DNA of 64,000 nucleotides from Candidatus Omnitrophota bacterium (GTDB lineage: Bacteria; Omnitrophota; Gorgyraeia; Pluralincolimonadales; Pluralincolimonadaceae): NCBI GenBank assembly GCA_041651455.1, contig JBAZJG010000001.1, positions 13,173 through 77,172 on the forward strand, in the 5' to 3' direction. The first letter of the stretch is position 1; the number at the start of each line of letters is the position of its first letter. Below, one piece after another: positions 40,441 through 50,885 of this stretch. The notes beneath the pieces were generated by a model. It was not told the DNA's origin and ran no database searches. It saw only the letters and a program-made list of their open reading frames with translations. Made by a program: the position numbers and the translations under genes.

Positions 40441-41528
40441 TGTTCCGCCATCAGGAATATCATAACCGGCCCTATTATGCCGAATACTATGTTCGGAAGC
40501 CACATACCGAGCGCGGGGAAGAGGATGCCTTTGATGGCAAGCGCCTCGCCGCCGAGCTGTATGAGGTAGAAAGTCACTATTACGAAGACGCTCAGCACGA
40601 ACCCTATGGATTTCTCGCCGCGGCGCGCCATAAGCGCGAGCGGGATGCCTATGAGTATGAATATCAGCGATGAGAACGAGTACGATATCTTTTTATGTAT
40701 CTCCATCTGCAGGGGCGAAGGGTCAACGCCTTCCACCTTCAACGCCTTTATCTTCTCTTTAAGCTCGTCAATCGACATGTCAGATTTTTTCTTGTCGATC
40801 TTCAGGTCGCGGCCCTCCTTGAGGTCCAGCGTCATTATATAGGTCTTGAAGTTAAGCTTGTAGAAATTGTTCGGGTCGTTCGGGTTCGGCTCATCGACCG
40901 TCCCGTTGATGAGCTTCAGCCTTATCGCGTCCTTCGCCTCGATATAGTCCATCTCGCCTTTTTGCGCGATGATCGTGCGCGTCGGCCGGCCTTCCTGCGG
41001 CTGGTATATCCTGATGTTCGTGAGCTTGTTCTTGTCTATCCCGTATATGAAGACGATGTATCCCTTGAAAGCTTTTATGAACGTGCCGGCCTCGAGGTAG
41101 GCGGCCGGGTTCTTCGCGCCTATCTGGGTGACAAGCTTCCTCGTCTCGTACCTAAGGCGCGGCAGTATCCAGTCGTTAAGTTCGTACGACACGAGGCTGA
41201 TGACCAGCCCGAGCAGGATAAGGGGATAGACGAGCTTATACAGGCTTATGCCGCTCGCGCGCATCGCGATTATCTCGTTGTCGGACGAGAGCCTGCCGAA
41301 GGTCAGCAGGGTCGCGGTCAGGACGGATATCGGCACCGTGAACGTGAAGAGCCAGGGCAGCATATAAAGGAACAGCTTGCATACGGAAAAGAAATCCACG
41401 CCTTTGTTAACGACGAGGTCGGCGAGCTTTATCATGTTTCCCGCCATAAAGGCGAACGTAGTGATCACGAAGGCGAAGATGAAAGGCCCCGCGAGCTCCT
41501 TAAGGATATATATCCTGATTATCCTCAT
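40437..41528 (-). CDS. lptF: LPS export ABC permease LptF (YjgP/YjgQ family)
   Basis: The internal ATG at about 41528 gives MRIIRIYILKELAGPF..., a typical LptF/G N-terminus, and the same topology. Confidence 0.7.
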   Translation of the reverse strand: MRIIRIYILKELAGPFIFAFVITTFAFMAGNMIKLADLVVNKGVDFFSVCKLFLYMLPWLFTFTVPISVLTATLLTFGRLSSDNEIIAMRASGISLYKLVYPLILLGLVISLVSYELNDWILPRLRYETRKLVTQIGAKNPAAYLEAGTFIKAFKGYIVFIYGIDKNKLTNIRIYQPQEGRPTRTIIAQKGEMDYIEAKDAIRLKLINGTVDEPNPNDPNNFYKLNFKTYIMTLDLKEGRDLKIDKKKSDMSIDELKEKIKALKVEGVDPSPLQMEIHKKISYSFSSLIFILIGIPLALMARRGEKSIGFVLSVFVIVTFYLIQLGGEALAIKGILFPALGMWLPNIVFGIIGPVMIFLMAEQ

Positions 41529-41529
41529 A

Positions 41530-42225
41530 TCAGTTTCCCCGTGCGAGGGTGAAGGCGTAGACCTTTTTTGCGCCGGCGGACTTGATGGCTTTAGCGCATT
41601 CGTGGAGTGTGGCGCCGGTGGCCATGACATCATCGATCAGCATTACCGACTTTCCGTTGAAATCGGCGTCCTGCCTTACCAGGAAGGCGCCCTTTATATT
41701 GCGGAAGCGCTTCTCCCTTGAGAGGCCGGCCTGTTGCGGCGTATAACGAATCCTTTTTATCCATTTATTCTCGAGCTTCTTGTCGAACTTTTCCGCGAGG
41801 TGCCCGGCGATGAGCTCCGACTGGTTGAATTGCCTCTCGCGCAGTTTCACGGGATGCAGGGGTACGGGCACGAACATGTCTATGTCGCTGAAGTTCATGT
41901 TCCTTTCGGCGTATTCGGTCATGAGGCCGCCCAGTATCTTCGAGAGGTCCTGCTTGCCGTCGTATTTCATAAGGCAGATGCACCTCTTGACTATGTCATC
42001 GTAATCGGCTACGTGGTAAGCGGCGTCGAACGCAAGGCCCTGCTCGGTGAAACTCCAATGGGGGGTATCGGCATACCTCATTATCCTGTTGTTGCAGGGG
42101 GCGCACAGACGGGCGTCCTTAGCCTCATGGATCCTGTTGCTGCAGATGAGGCAATCCTGCGGATACAACAGGTTAAGGATAGTAAAGTAGAAACTGCCGG
42201 TTGATGACAAAATCATCCTTAACAT
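41530..42225 (-). CDS. ComF-family protein (double zinc ribbon plus phosphoribosyltransferase domain)
   Basis: N-terminal CLICSNRI...CAPCNNR is a Cys4 zinc ribbon. The C-terminal PRTase motif is VMLIDDVMATGATLHECA. Confidence 0.75.
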   Translation of the reverse strand: MLRMILSSTGSFYFTILNLLYPQDCLICSNRIHEAKDARLCAPCNNRIMRYADTPHWSFTEQGLAFDAAYHVADYDDIVKRCICLMKYDGKQDLSKILGGLMTEYAERNMNFSDIDMFVPVPLHPVKLRERQFNQSELIAGHLAEKFDKKLENKWIKRIRYTPQQAGLSREKRFRNIKGAFLVRQDADFNGKSVMLIDDVMATGATLHECAKAIKSAGAKKVYAFTLARGN

Positions 42226-42315
42226 TTGCTATAAAATAGCATAATATCGACGAGGTGTCAATTGACTTCCGGCCCGGGGGAGCATATAATATATCAGGGG
42301 GAAAAGGGAGGAGAT

Positions 42316-42987
42316 ATGAAAAGTGGCGGTGCGAGGAGAAGGAACTATTTCGTAAACCCGGGTATGCAGGTGCGTTATATGGCGGCGATAGTTTTGTGCA
42401 TGCTGCTGGCCTCGCTGCTGACGGGCGTGGTGATGTATTACGGTATACTCGGGAGGGCGGTGTCCGAGTGGTCGGCGTGGAAACTTTCCGAAAAGCTGCA
42501 GATGGCATCGCGTATCAAGGACTACGAGGACACCAGGTACGGCACGGAAGAGGTCCGCACGCCGGAGAATTATTTCAGGGAGGCGCGTTTCCTGAGCGAG
42601 GACGGTCAGCAGTCGGTGTATTACATACTAGATGATACGAAGAACGAGCTCATGACAAGGATACTTCCGATCGTGCTTGTCATAGCCGCAGCGAGCATCT
42701 TCCTGTCGCATAAGATAGCGGGGCCGGTAAGCCGCATCGAGAAGTCGATAAATTCGATGTCGAGCGGCAATCTGACCGCGGGTTTCCGCCTCAGGAAGGG
42801 CGACGAATTCAAGGGGCTGTCGGGCATGCTCGAGAATATGGCCGAGATATTCAGGATGAAGATAGACATATCCGTGAACTCGCTCGATGAACTGATAAAG
42901 GACGCGGACAAGTTATCACCCGCACAGATCAAGTCTAAGGCGGAAGAGGCGAGGAGGCAGTTACTGTTCTTCAAGACCAAGCCATGA
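42316..42987 (+). CDS. Membrane-anchored HAMP-domain protein
   Basis: The ATG at 42316 is preceded by GGAGG. Two TM helices flank a periplasmic loop. The HAMP domain is IAGPVSRIEKSINSMSSGNLTAGFRL...LSGMLENM. Confidence 0.6.
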   Translation: MKSGGARRRNYFVNPGMQVRYMAAIVLCMLLASLLTGVVMYYGILGRAVSEWSAWKLSEKLQMASRIKDYEDTRYGTEEVRTPENYFREARFLSEDGQQSVYYILDDTKNELMTRILPIVLVIAAASIFLSHKIAGPVSRIEKSINSMSSGNLTAGFRLRKGDEFKGLSGMLENMAEIFRMKIDISVNSLDELIKDADKLSPAQIKSKAEEARRQLLFFKTKP

Positions 42988-44240
42988 AGACAATCGTCGC
43001 GCTTGTGCTGGTTTTGTCGGTCGTTTCGTACCCTGCGGCTTGCCTCTATGCCGGTAACGGCGGGACGGCGCAGGATGAATTCGTAGACAAGATAGAAAAG
43101 GACACGTTCAGGTATTTCTGGGAGAATGCGGACCCGGACACCGGCCTTATAGCGGATAACGCCTCCGCCGGCGCGCCGTGCAGCATAGCGGCAACGGGTT
43201 TCGGCCTCGCGGTCATATGCATCGGCCACAGCAGGGGGTGGATAACCTACGACGAGGCGTATAACCGCGTATTCAGGACGCTTAAGACCTTCAGGAACAC
43301 CCTGAAGAACGAGCACGGGTTCTATTACCACTTCGTCGACATGAAGACCGGCAGGAGGGTGTGGAAATCGGAGCTCTCCTCGATAGATTCCGCGATATTT
43401 TTTGCGGGCGCGTTGTTCGCGGCGCAGTATTTCAAGGGCACGGAGCTCGAGCGGCTCGCCAACTCGCTTTATTTGCGGGCGGATTGGAAATGGATGACGA
43501 ACGGGACGAGCCTGTTATGCATGGGGTGGACCCCGGAGAACGGTTTCCTCGGCTCATACTGGGATTGGTATAACGAGGGGCTGATCGCGTATATACTTGC
43601 GATAGGTTCCCCGACGTACCCCATACCGGCTGAATGCTGGAAGGCATGGAGGAAGCCGGTCGGAGAGTACGGCGGGTACAAGGTCGTATATTCATTCTTC
43701 GGGAGCTTGTTCACCTACCAGTTCGCGCACGCGTGGGTCGATTTCAGGAATATCGAAGATAACGGCATAAATTACTGGCAGAATTCCATAAATGCGGTGC
43801 ACGCGAACAGGAAATTCTGCATCGATAACGCGCGCTCCCATAAGGGATACGGCGAGGACGGATGGGGGCTTACGGCGGGGGACGGGCCTGGCGGCTACAA
43901 GGGCTACGGCGCGATGCCCGCGGAAAAACTGATCCAGGACGGGACTATCAACCCTTACGGCATGGCGGCCTCGATGCCTTTCGTGCCCGAGCTCTCGCTG
44001 AAGTCGCTGAAGAAGATATACGACAGGCACGGCAGCAGCGTATACGGGGAATACGGTTTTAAGGCCGGGTATAATATCGACAAGAACTGGTTCAGCAGCA
44101 ACTATATAGGCATAGACCAGGGAGTGACGGTCCTGATGATAGAGAACTACAGGACAGGCATGGTGTGGGAAAATTTCATGAGGAACCAGTGCGTGAAATC
44201 CTGGATGGAATTATGCGGTTTCACGGTTAAAGCCCCTTGA
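42984..44240 (+). CDS. Secreted six-hairpin glycosidase-like protein (DUF3131/GH144-like, putative beta-glucan hydrolase)
   Basis: Signal peptide. FRYFWENADPDTGLIAD and a Trp/Tyr-rich core resemble the (alpha/alpha)6 glucoamylase-like families. The family assignment is tentative. Confidence 0.4.
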   Translation: MKTIVALVLVLSVVSYPAACLYAGNGGTAQDEFVDKIEKDTFRYFWENADPDTGLIADNASAGAPCSIAATGFGLAVICIGHSRGWITYDEAYNRVFRTLKTFRNTLKNEHGFYYHFVDMKTGRRVWKSELSSIDSAIFFAGALFAAQYFKGTELERLANSLYLRADWKWMTNGTSLLCMGWTPENGFLGSYWDWYNEGLIAYILAIGSPTYPIPAECWKAWRKPVGEYGGYKVVYSFFGSLFTYQFAHAWVDFRNIEDNGINYWQNSINAVHANRKFCIDNARSHKGYGEDGWGLTAGDGPGGYKGYGAMPAEKLIQDGTINPYGMAASMPFVPELSLKSLKKIYDRHGSSVYGEYGFKAGYNIDKNWFSSNYIGIDQGVTVLMIENYRTGMVWENFMRNQCVKSWMELCGFTVKAP

Positions 44241-44281
44241 ACGGATTTTGGTATTGTGCGATAATACGCTGGGAGGAAAAG

Positions 44282-44563
44282 ATGATAAGGATAGAAGACA
44301 AGCTGTTCGTGAACAGGTTCAAACTGGGGCCGGAGCCCCATATCAAGGTAAAGGACAAGGAACTTTGCCTTAAGTGCGCCAAGAAACAGTGCTCCATCGG
44401 ATGCCCTTCAGACTGCTGGAAGATCAACGACAAAGGAGTCGCCGAAGTCAACGTCGACGGGTGTCTTGAATGCGGCACTTGCCGTGTCATCTGCGATGAA
44501 TTCCAGAACGTTGACTGGAACTACCCACAGGGCGGATTCGGCATTCTCTACAGGTACGGTTGA
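44282..44563 (+). CDS. Ferredoxin-like 4Fe-4S protein (FixX-like)
   Basis: The ATG at 44282 is preceded by GGAGGA. Cys clusters CLKCAKKQCSIGCPSDC and CLECGTCRVIC are present. Confidence 0.65.
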   Translation: MIRIEDKLFVNRFKLGPEPHIKVKDKELCLKCAKKQCSIGCPSDCWKINDKGVAEVNVDGCLECGTCRVICDEFQNVDWNYPQGGFGILYRYG

Positions 44564-44617
44564 TAGCAGGCGATCCTAACCGCATTTTGCACCGCCAATA
44601 CAAATAAGGAGACCACT

Positions 44618-45142
44618 ATGCCCGCAAGAGACATAAAGATACTCGAGTCCGCGATAAAGATGGAACTCGACGGAAGGAAATTCTACCTGAAGGCGGCGAA
44701 GACCGCGAAGAACGCCATCGCGAAGAAGCTGCTCGTCTCGCTTGCCGACCAGGAGCTCATGCATATCGACCGGATAAAGGAGATAAGCGACGGCCTCAAG
44801 CATGAGAAGGACTGGGGAGATTTCGAGGGCGCAATAAGCAGGCAGGCGAAGAAGAAGCTTGCGCTCGTATTCAGGCACCTTACGAAGCCTGAGATCAAGA
44901 AACTTAAGGCCGACCCTTCGAACATCAAGGCGATAGAGATCTCGATGAAGAAGGAGACGAAGAGCTACGACTATTACGACAAGCAGTCGAAAGAGACCGG
45001 TATTAGGATAGCAAAGGTGTTTTATAACAGCCTGAAAAAGGAAGAAGAGCGCCATTACGAGCTGCTCGAGGAAGCGCTGACGATGCTTTCGGATTCCGTC
45101 TCGTGGTTCGTGAAGACGGAAGGAAGGGTAATGGAAGGCTAA
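44618..45142 (+). CDS. Ferritin-like / rubrerythrin-like diiron protein
   Basis: Paired ExxH motifs (DQELMH and EEERHYELLEE) sit in a predicted four-helix-bundle-like sequence. Confidence 0.55.
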   Translation: MPARDIKILESAIKMELDGRKFYLKAAKTAKNAIAKKLLVSLADQELMHIDRIKEISDGLKHEKDWGDFEGAISRQAKKKLALVFRHLTKPEIKKLKADPSNIKAIEISMKKETKSYDYYDKQSKETGIRIAKVFYNSLKKEEERHYELLEEALTMLSDSVSWFVKTEGRVMEG

Positions 45143-45159
45143 TTTAAGGAGGCCGGGAT

Positions 45160-46347
45160 TTGGCTGCTGTCGAGATAAAGAAAGGCATATATTGGGTAGG
45201 CGCCGTTGACTGGAACGTCAGGACCTTCCACGGACATACGTATTCCACGGCAAGGGGCACCACCTACAATTCCTACCTGATCGTCGACGATAAGGTCACG
45301 CTCATCGACGGCGTATACGGGCCGTACGCGCTCGAGCTTATCGGGAAGATCCGCGAGATAGTGCCCGTCGAGAAGATAGAGAACATAGTGGTCAACCATA
45401 TAGAGCCGGACCATTCGGGCGCGCTGCCGGAACTCCTCAAGCTCTGCCCCGGCGCAAAACTGTACGGGACAGCCAAATGCGGGGAAGGGCTCCAGAAACA
45501 TTATTACGGCAATTGGAATTTCAAGGCCGTCAAGACGGGGGATAAGCTCAATATCGGCAGAAGGACGCTCACGTTCATAGAGGCGCCGATGATACACTGG
45601 CCGGACAGCATGTTCACATATTGCGCAGAGGAAGAGCTTCTATTCCCGAACGACGCGTTTGGCCAGCATTATGCGACTTCGGAAAGGTTCGACGACGAGG
45701 TCGACCAATGCGAGTTGATGGAAGAGGCGGCGAAATATTACGCGAACATACTGTGGCCTCTCAGCGGGATAATCGCGAGGAAGTTGGAGGAGATACAGAA
45801 ATTGGGGCTGTCGATAAAGATGATAGCCCCGAGCCACGGCATCATATGGCGCAGGGACCCGGCGAAGATCGCCGGCTCTTACGCCTCCTGGACGAAGAAC
45901 GAGACGAAACGCAAGGCGGTCATCGTGTATGAGACGATGTGGGGATCGACCGGCAGGATGGCGAGGGCGATAGCGGACGGACTTACGGACGCGGGGGTCA
46001 GCGTGAAGCTGTTCGACATCGCGCTCTCGGACAGGACCGAGGTCGCCTACCAGATGCTGGACGCCAGGGCGTTTGTCATAGGGTCGTCGACGCATGACAA
46101 TGACATGCTGCCTTCGATCGCGTCGTTCCTCGAACTGCTGAAAGGTTTCAAACCGAAGGGAAGGATAACCGCGGCATTCGGCTCGTACGGTTGGGCCGGA
46201 GGCGCCGTTGCGGAGATAGAGGGCGTGCTGAAAGAGGGCGGGATGGAACCGCAGATGCCCCCGGTATCGGCCAAGTATGTGCCCGACGCGCAGGAGCTGG
46301 CGCTTTGCAGGAATTTCGGCGCGGAACTCGCGAAGAAGATCGCCTAA
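45160..46347 (+). CDS. Flavodiiron protein (FprA / rubredoxin:oxygen oxidoreductase)
   Basis: An N-terminal metallo-beta-lactamase-like diiron domain ([11 protein letters not shown]) is followed by a C-terminal flavodoxin-like domain ([15 protein letters not shown]). Confidence 0.85.
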   Translation: MAAVEIKKGIYWVGAVDWNVRTFHGHTYSTARGTTYNSYLIVDDKVTLIDGVYGPYALELIGKIREIVPVEKIENIVVNHIEPDHSGALPELLKLCPGAKLYGTAKCGEGLQKHYYGNWNFKAVKTGDKLNIGRRTLTFIEAPMIHWPDSMFTYCAEEELLFPNDAFGQHYATSERFDDEVDQCELMEEAAKYYANILWPLSGIIARKLEEIQKLGLSIKMIAPSHGIIWRRDPAKIAGSYASWTKNETKRKAVIVYETMWGSTGRMARAIADGLTDAGVSVKLFDIALSDRTEVAYQMLDARAFVIGSSTHDNDMLPSIASFLELLKGFKPKGRITAAFGSYGWAGGAVAEIEGVLKEGGMEPQMPPVSAKYVPDAQELALCRNFGAELAKKIA

Positions 46348-46360
46348 CAAGGAGAATGGG

Positions 46361-46519
46361 ATGAGCAAATATCGCTGTACGGTATGCGGATACATCTATG
46401 ACCCTGCCGCCGGTGACCCTACGCAGAACGTAGCGTCCGGCACGCCCTTCGAGAAGCTTCCTGATTCCTGGGTCTGCCCCGATTGCGGGGTAGGCAAAGA
46501 CATGTTCGAGAAGATCTGA
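46361..46519 (+). CDS. Rubredoxin
   Basis: The ATG at 46361 gives [15 protein letters not shown]...[16 protein letters not shown]. Both CxxC pairs are present. Confidence 0.9.
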   Translation: MSKYRCTVCGYIYDPAAGDPTQNVASGTPFEKLPDSWVCPDCGVGKDMFEKI

Positions 46520-46531
46520 CGCCGGGCACCT

Positions 46532-47704
46532 ATGAAGATAGCCATCGTAGGCAACGGGATCGCCGGTATAACGGCCGCTAAATATATATCTGAGAAAGCG
46601 CAGGGCACCTCGATAACGGTCTTCACGGACGAGGAATATAATTATTACCCGAGGCCCCTGCTTGACCGGCTGCTCTCCGAATCGATAACTCTCGACGGGA
46701 TGTTCCCCTATGACGGAGAATGGTATAAGAAGAGGGGGATACGCGTGTCGCTCGGCGATAATGTCACGGGTATCGATACGGCCTCAAAGAAGATAACAGC
46801 GGCGAGATCGGGAACATCAGATTATGATAAGCTCCTGCTGACAACAGGGGCGTCGCCGTTCGTCCCGCCCGTAGAAGGGATATCCTCCGGGGACGTCTTC
46901 ACGTACAGGAACATCTCCGATGTGCTCAGGATCCGGTCGTTCGCGAGGGATAAGAAGAAGGCGGCGGTCATAGGAGGAGGCCTTCTCGGGCTTGAGACCG
47001 CGAAAGCGCTCACGGAACGCGGCATGAAGGTCGCCGTGATAGAGCATAACTCGCGGTTGCTGCCGAGGCAGCTCGATGAGGAAGGCGCCGCGCTGATAAA
47101 GCGCTGCGTCGAGAGATTAGGGATAGAAGTAAGATTGCAGTCCGGGTGCGGCAGCGTGGACGCCGACTTATTCGTAGCGGCCGCGGGCGTAAGGCCTAAT
47201 ACCGCGCTCGCGAAGAGCTGCGGCATAGGCGTGCAGAAGGGAATAATCGTGGACGGCAACCTCCGGACAAACTGCCCGGATGTGTTTGCCGCCGGGGATT
47301 GCGCCGAGTTCAACGGGACGGTCTACGGGATAATACCGGCCGCGCTCGAGCAGGGGCTTGCGGCGGCATCGAACATGACGGACGTTCCCGTAGAATATAG
47401 GGGGACGACTTTCCAGGCGACGCTGAAGGTAGTTGGTATCGATGTGACGTCGATGGGGACAGTGAACCCGGAAGGCGAAGGGTATGAGTCCTTATCAAGG
47501 AAAGACGCAGCAAAGGGCACCTACAGGAAATGTGTCATTAAGGACGGCAGGCTCGTGGGTGCCATCATAATAGGAGAGAAGACGGGGGTCTCATCCCTTG
47601 TGAACATGATCAAGGAAGGAATGGACGTGTCCAAGGATAAGGACGCACTGATGGGTGATGAAGCCGCGTTATCGGGGCTGCTGAATAAAGGGAAGAACCG
47701 TTGA
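46532..47704 (+). CDS. NAD(P)H:rubredoxin oxidoreductase (FAD-dependent pyridine nucleotide-disulfide oxidoreductase family)
   Basis: MKIAIVGNGIAGITAA is the FAD GxGxxG motif. A second dinucleotide fold is AAVIGGGLLGLE. It lies directly downstream of rubredoxin. Confidence 0.75.
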   Translation: MKIAIVGNGIAGITAAKYISEKAQGTSITVFTDEEYNYYPRPLLDRLLSESITLDGMFPYDGEWYKKRGIRVSLGDNVTGIDTASKKITAARSGTSDYDKLLLTTGASPFVPPVEGISSGDVFTYRNISDVLRIRSFARDKKKAAVIGGGLLGLETAKALTERGMKVAVIEHNSRLLPRQLDEEGAALIKRCVERLGIEVRLQSGCGSVDADLFVAAAGVRPNTALAKSCGIGVQKGIIVDGNLRTNCPDVFAAGDCAEFNGTVYGIIPAALEQGLAAASNMTDVPVEYRGTTFQATLKVVGIDVTSMGTVNPEGEGYESLSRKDAAKGTYRKCVIKDGRLVGAIIIGEKTGVSSLVNMIKEGMDVSKDKDALMGDEAALSGLLNKGKNR

Positions 47705-48441
47705 AAGAAGCGCTTTTAGCGTCATTTATAGCAAGTTGCTTTACAGGCCTTGGCGCGATACCCGTGCTGTTGACGAAAAAAGTATCGCATAAGCTTTACG
47801 ACACGCTGCTCGGTTTTTCGGCGGGTATAATGATAGCCACGGCGTGCTTTAACCTTATTGAGCCGTCCACGCGCATAGGGAGCCTTGGCCAGACGGTGGT
47901 CGGGATAGTCTCGGCCGCGATCTTCCTTTTCCTCGTTGAGAAATCGGTGCCGCACCTGCATAACTGGTACCCTCATTTCAAAGACAGGCCTATGCACATA
48001 AAGATGAAGAGCGGTATCCTGATGATGGTCGCTATCACGATGCACAACCTGCCGGAAGGCCTGTCTGTAGGCGTTGGCTACCTCGCTTCACCCAAGCTCG
48101 GGCTTGTCCTTGCCATAGCGATAGCGTTGCAGAACATGCCGGAGGGCCTTGTAGTGGCGGCGCCGCTTAGACAGGCGGGCCTCTCGAGGCTCAAATGCCT
48201 CGGGCTCGCGACCCTTTCGGGAATTGCCGAGCCAATAGCCGCATTTTTTGGTATAATACTGTTCGGGTTCTCGCAATCGGTGCTGCCGTTCGGACTGGCG
48301 TTTGCGGGAGGAGCTATGCTGTATGTGACATTCGACGAGATAATCCCTGAATGCCACAGCCACGGCAATGAGATAGCCGCGACATTTTCAGCTATAGCCG
48401 GTTTTATCGCATTATTGCTGTTAAACGCAATCGTCGGGTAA
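47701..48441 (+). CDS. ZIP-family metal (zinc) transporter
   Basis: Eight TM helices, with HNLPEGLSVG and QNMPEGL metal-binding motifs. Confidence 0.8.
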   Translation: MKEALLASFIASCFTGLGAIPVLLTKKVSHKLYDTLLGFSAGIMIATACFNLIEPSTRIGSLGQTVVGIVSAAIFLFLVEKSVPHLHNWYPHFKDRPMHIKMKSGILMMVAITMHNLPEGLSVGVGYLASPKLGLVLAIAIALQNMPEGLVVAAPLRQAGLSRLKCLGLATLSGIAEPIAAFFGIILFGFSQSVLPFGLAFAGGAMLYVTFDEIIPECHSHGNEIAATFSAIAGFIALLLLNAIVG

Positions 48442-48552
48442 AATTGGATCATACTGGTAATAAAATCATTCTCGGGCGAGACCTTCAAACTGCCCGTCAT
48501 CGGAGACATGGCCGAGAAATACAGCAATAAATAGGGCCACAGGCGGAGATAT

Positions 48553-49317
48553 ATGAATTTATTCCAGGCGGTCGTCCTCGGCCTCGTCCAGGGGCTCGGG
48601 GAGTTCCTGCCTATAAGCAGTTCGGCGCACCTGATCATCTTCCCGTGGTTTTTCGGATGGCAGGAGCACAGCCTTTCATTTGACGTCGCGCTGCACGCCG
48701 GCACACTTTTTGCCGTAGTGGCCTATTTCTGGAAGGACTGGCTCGGTATAATAAAAAGCCGTATGCTGTGGTATATAGCCGCAGCGAGCGTGCCGGGCGC
48801 TTTGATAGGAAAGCTTCTCGAGAGCAAGGCCGAGGCCGCCTTCAGGTCGCCGTTATTGATCGCGCTCGCAATGAGCGTTTTTGCCGCGCTATTCTACGTC
48901 ATAGACAGGTTCGTATGGAAATCGCGCAGCCTCAAGTCGTTGAACCTGCTGGATGCGATCATAATAGGATTATCGCAAGCGCTCGCAATAATACCGGGCG
49001 TATCAAGGTCGGGCATAACTATGGCCTCCGGCATGGGGCTTAAGTTTGACAGGGAGTCCGCCGCAAAGTTCTCGTTCATGTTGTCCGCGCCGATTATATT
49101 CGGGGCGGTCCTGCTGAAGTTCAAGGATATCGGAGGCATGGCCTCGGAAGGGCAGGGTATCCCGCTGTTGGCGGGATTCCTGGTGTCCGCCGTTACGGGG
49201 TTCCTCGCCATAAAAGGCCTGCTCGGTTTCGTGAAGAAGCATTCATTCAACGTATTCATAATTTACAGGTTTGTGTTCAGCGCCGTGATCCTCGCGGTAT
49301 TCCTGCTCAGGAGGTAG
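48553..49317 (+). CDS. uppP: Undecaprenyl-diphosphate phosphatase (BacA/UppP)
   Basis: MNLFQAVVLGLVQGLGEFLPISSSAHLI...PGVSRSG are BacA signature motifs. Confidence 0.9.
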   Translation: MNLFQAVVLGLVQGLGEFLPISSSAHLIIFPWFFGWQEHSLSFDVALHAGTLFAVVAYFWKDWLGIIKSRMLWYIAAASVPGALIGKLLESKAEAAFRSPLLIALAMSVFAALFYVIDRFVWKSRSLKSLNLLDAIIIGLSQALAIIPGVSRSGITMASGMGLKFDRESAAKFSFMLSAPIIFGAVLLKFKDIGGMASEGQGIPLLAGFLVSAVTGFLAIKGLLGFVKKHSFNVFIIYRFVFSAVILAVFLLRR

Positions 49318-49340
49318 CGGACAACAAGGAGCCAGCATAG

Positions 49341-50855
49341 ATGAAGAAGCCCGGTTTTGACAACGAGAAGTACCTGAGGGAACAGACCGCCGCGATACTC
49401 GAGAGGGTCGGCAGGTTCGGCAACAAGCTGTACCTTGAATTCGGCGGGAAGCTGCTCTACGACTACCACGCGTCAAGGGTGCTCCCGGGATTTGACCCGA
49501 ACGTGAAGATGCGCCTCTTCCAGAAACTGAAGGACAAGGCCGATATAATATTGTGCATCTACGCCGGCGACATCGAGCGCAAGAAGGTAAGGGCGGATTT
49601 CGGCATCACCTACGATGTGGACGCTATGAAGCTGATAGACGACCTCAGGGACTGGGGCATAGAAGTGCTGGCGGTCGTGATAACGCGTTTCGACAACCAG
49701 CCCGCCGCGAGGATATTCAAGAACAAGCTCGAGCGCCGCGGCATAAAGGTCTATACGCACAGCTTCACAAAGGGATACCCGACCGACGTCGACCTAATCG
49801 TAAGCGATGAGGGATACGGCGCGAACGAATACATAAAGACGAAGAACCCGCTCGTGATCGTGACCGGCCCGGGGCCTGGGAGCGGGAAGCTCGCGACGTG
49901 CCTCTCGCAGCTTTACCATGACCATAAGAAGGGCGTGAATTCAGGGTACGCGAAGTTCGAGACGTTCCCGATATGGAACATCCCGCTGAAGCACCCGGTA
50001 AACGTCGCGTATGAGGCGGCGACCGCCGATATCAGGGATTTCAACATGATAGACCCGTTCCACCTCGAGGCGCATAACGAGAAGACGGTCAACTACAACC
50101 GCGATGTGGAGGTGTTCCCCGTCATTAAGAGGATCCTCGAGAAGATAATGGGCGAGGGCTCGGTATATAAGTCCCCGACCGATATGGGCGTAAACCGCGC
50201 GGGTTTCGGCATAACGGACGACGAAGCGGTAAAGGAAGCGGCCAAGCAGGAGATAATACGAAGGTACTTCAGGTACGCCTGCGAATACGCGATGGGTTTC
50301 GTGGACAAGGAGACCGAGCAGAGGGTCCAGCTGCTGATGGAGGAAGTAGGCGTCAGGGCGGAGGACCGCAGCGTCGTGCTACCGGCGAGGAAAGCGGCCG
50401 ATGAGTGCCGGCAGCATGAGAAGGGCAACGACGGAGTATATTGCGGCGCCGCGATAGAGCTCTCCGACGGCACGATAATGACAGGGAAGAACTCGCAGCT
50501 GATGCACGCGACCTCGAGCCTCGTCTTCAATTCGATAAAGAAGCTCGCGGGCATTCCCGATAAGCTTCACCTGCTTTCGCCGAATATCATCGACTCGATA
50601 AAGAACCTGAAGAAAGATGTGCTCAAATACAAGACCGTAAGTTTGGACCTGGAAGAGGCGTTGATAGCGCTCAGCATCAGCGCGACGACGAACCCGGCCG
50701 CGCAGGACGCGATGGAGAAACTGCAGGAACTTCACGGGTGCGAGGTGCACCTTACGCATATACCGACCCCGGGAGACGAAGCGGGGTTGAGGAAGCTCGG
50801 AGTCAACCTTACGAGCGAGCCGAATTTCGCCACAAAGAGCCTTTTCGAGTCATAA
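49341..50855 (+). CDS. DUF1846 (UPF0371) family protein
   Basis: 504 aa. The N-terminus [23 protein letters not shown] and the overall length are typical of this family. The assignment is from memory only. Confidence 0.45.
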   Translation: MKKPGFDNEKYLREQTAAILERVGRFGNKLYLEFGGKLLYDYHASRVLPGFDPNVKMRLFQKLKDKADIILCIYAGDIERKKVRADFGITYDVDAMKLIDDLRDWGIEVLAVVITRFDNQPAARIFKNKLERRGIKVYTHSFTKGYPTDVDLIVSDEGYGANEYIKTKNPLVIVTGPGPGSGKLATCLSQLYHDHKKGVNSGYAKFETFPIWNIPLKHPVNVAYEAATADIRDFNMIDPFHLEAHNEKTVNYNRDVEVFPVIKRILEKIMGEGSVYKSPTDMGVNRAGFGITDDEAVKEAAKQEIIRRYFRYACEYAMGFVDKETEQRVQLLMEEVGVRAEDRSVVLPARKAADECRQHEKGNDGVYCGAAIELSDGTIMTGKNSQLMHATSSLVFNSIKKLAGIPDKLHLLSPNIIDSIKNLKKDVLKYKTVSLDLEEALIALSISATTNPAAQDAMEKLQELHGCEVHLTHIPTPGDEAGLRKLGVNLTSEPNFATKSLFES

Positions 50856-50885
50856 TACCGGAAGTATAACATCCAGGGGGAAAAG

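Noticed and set aside
48508-48534. Eight-codon uORF (MAEKYSNK*) with a GGAGA ribosome-binding site, upstream of uppP
   Set aside because: It is too short to separate from chance. No attenuator-like terminator or anti-terminator pairing was seen between it and the uppP start.
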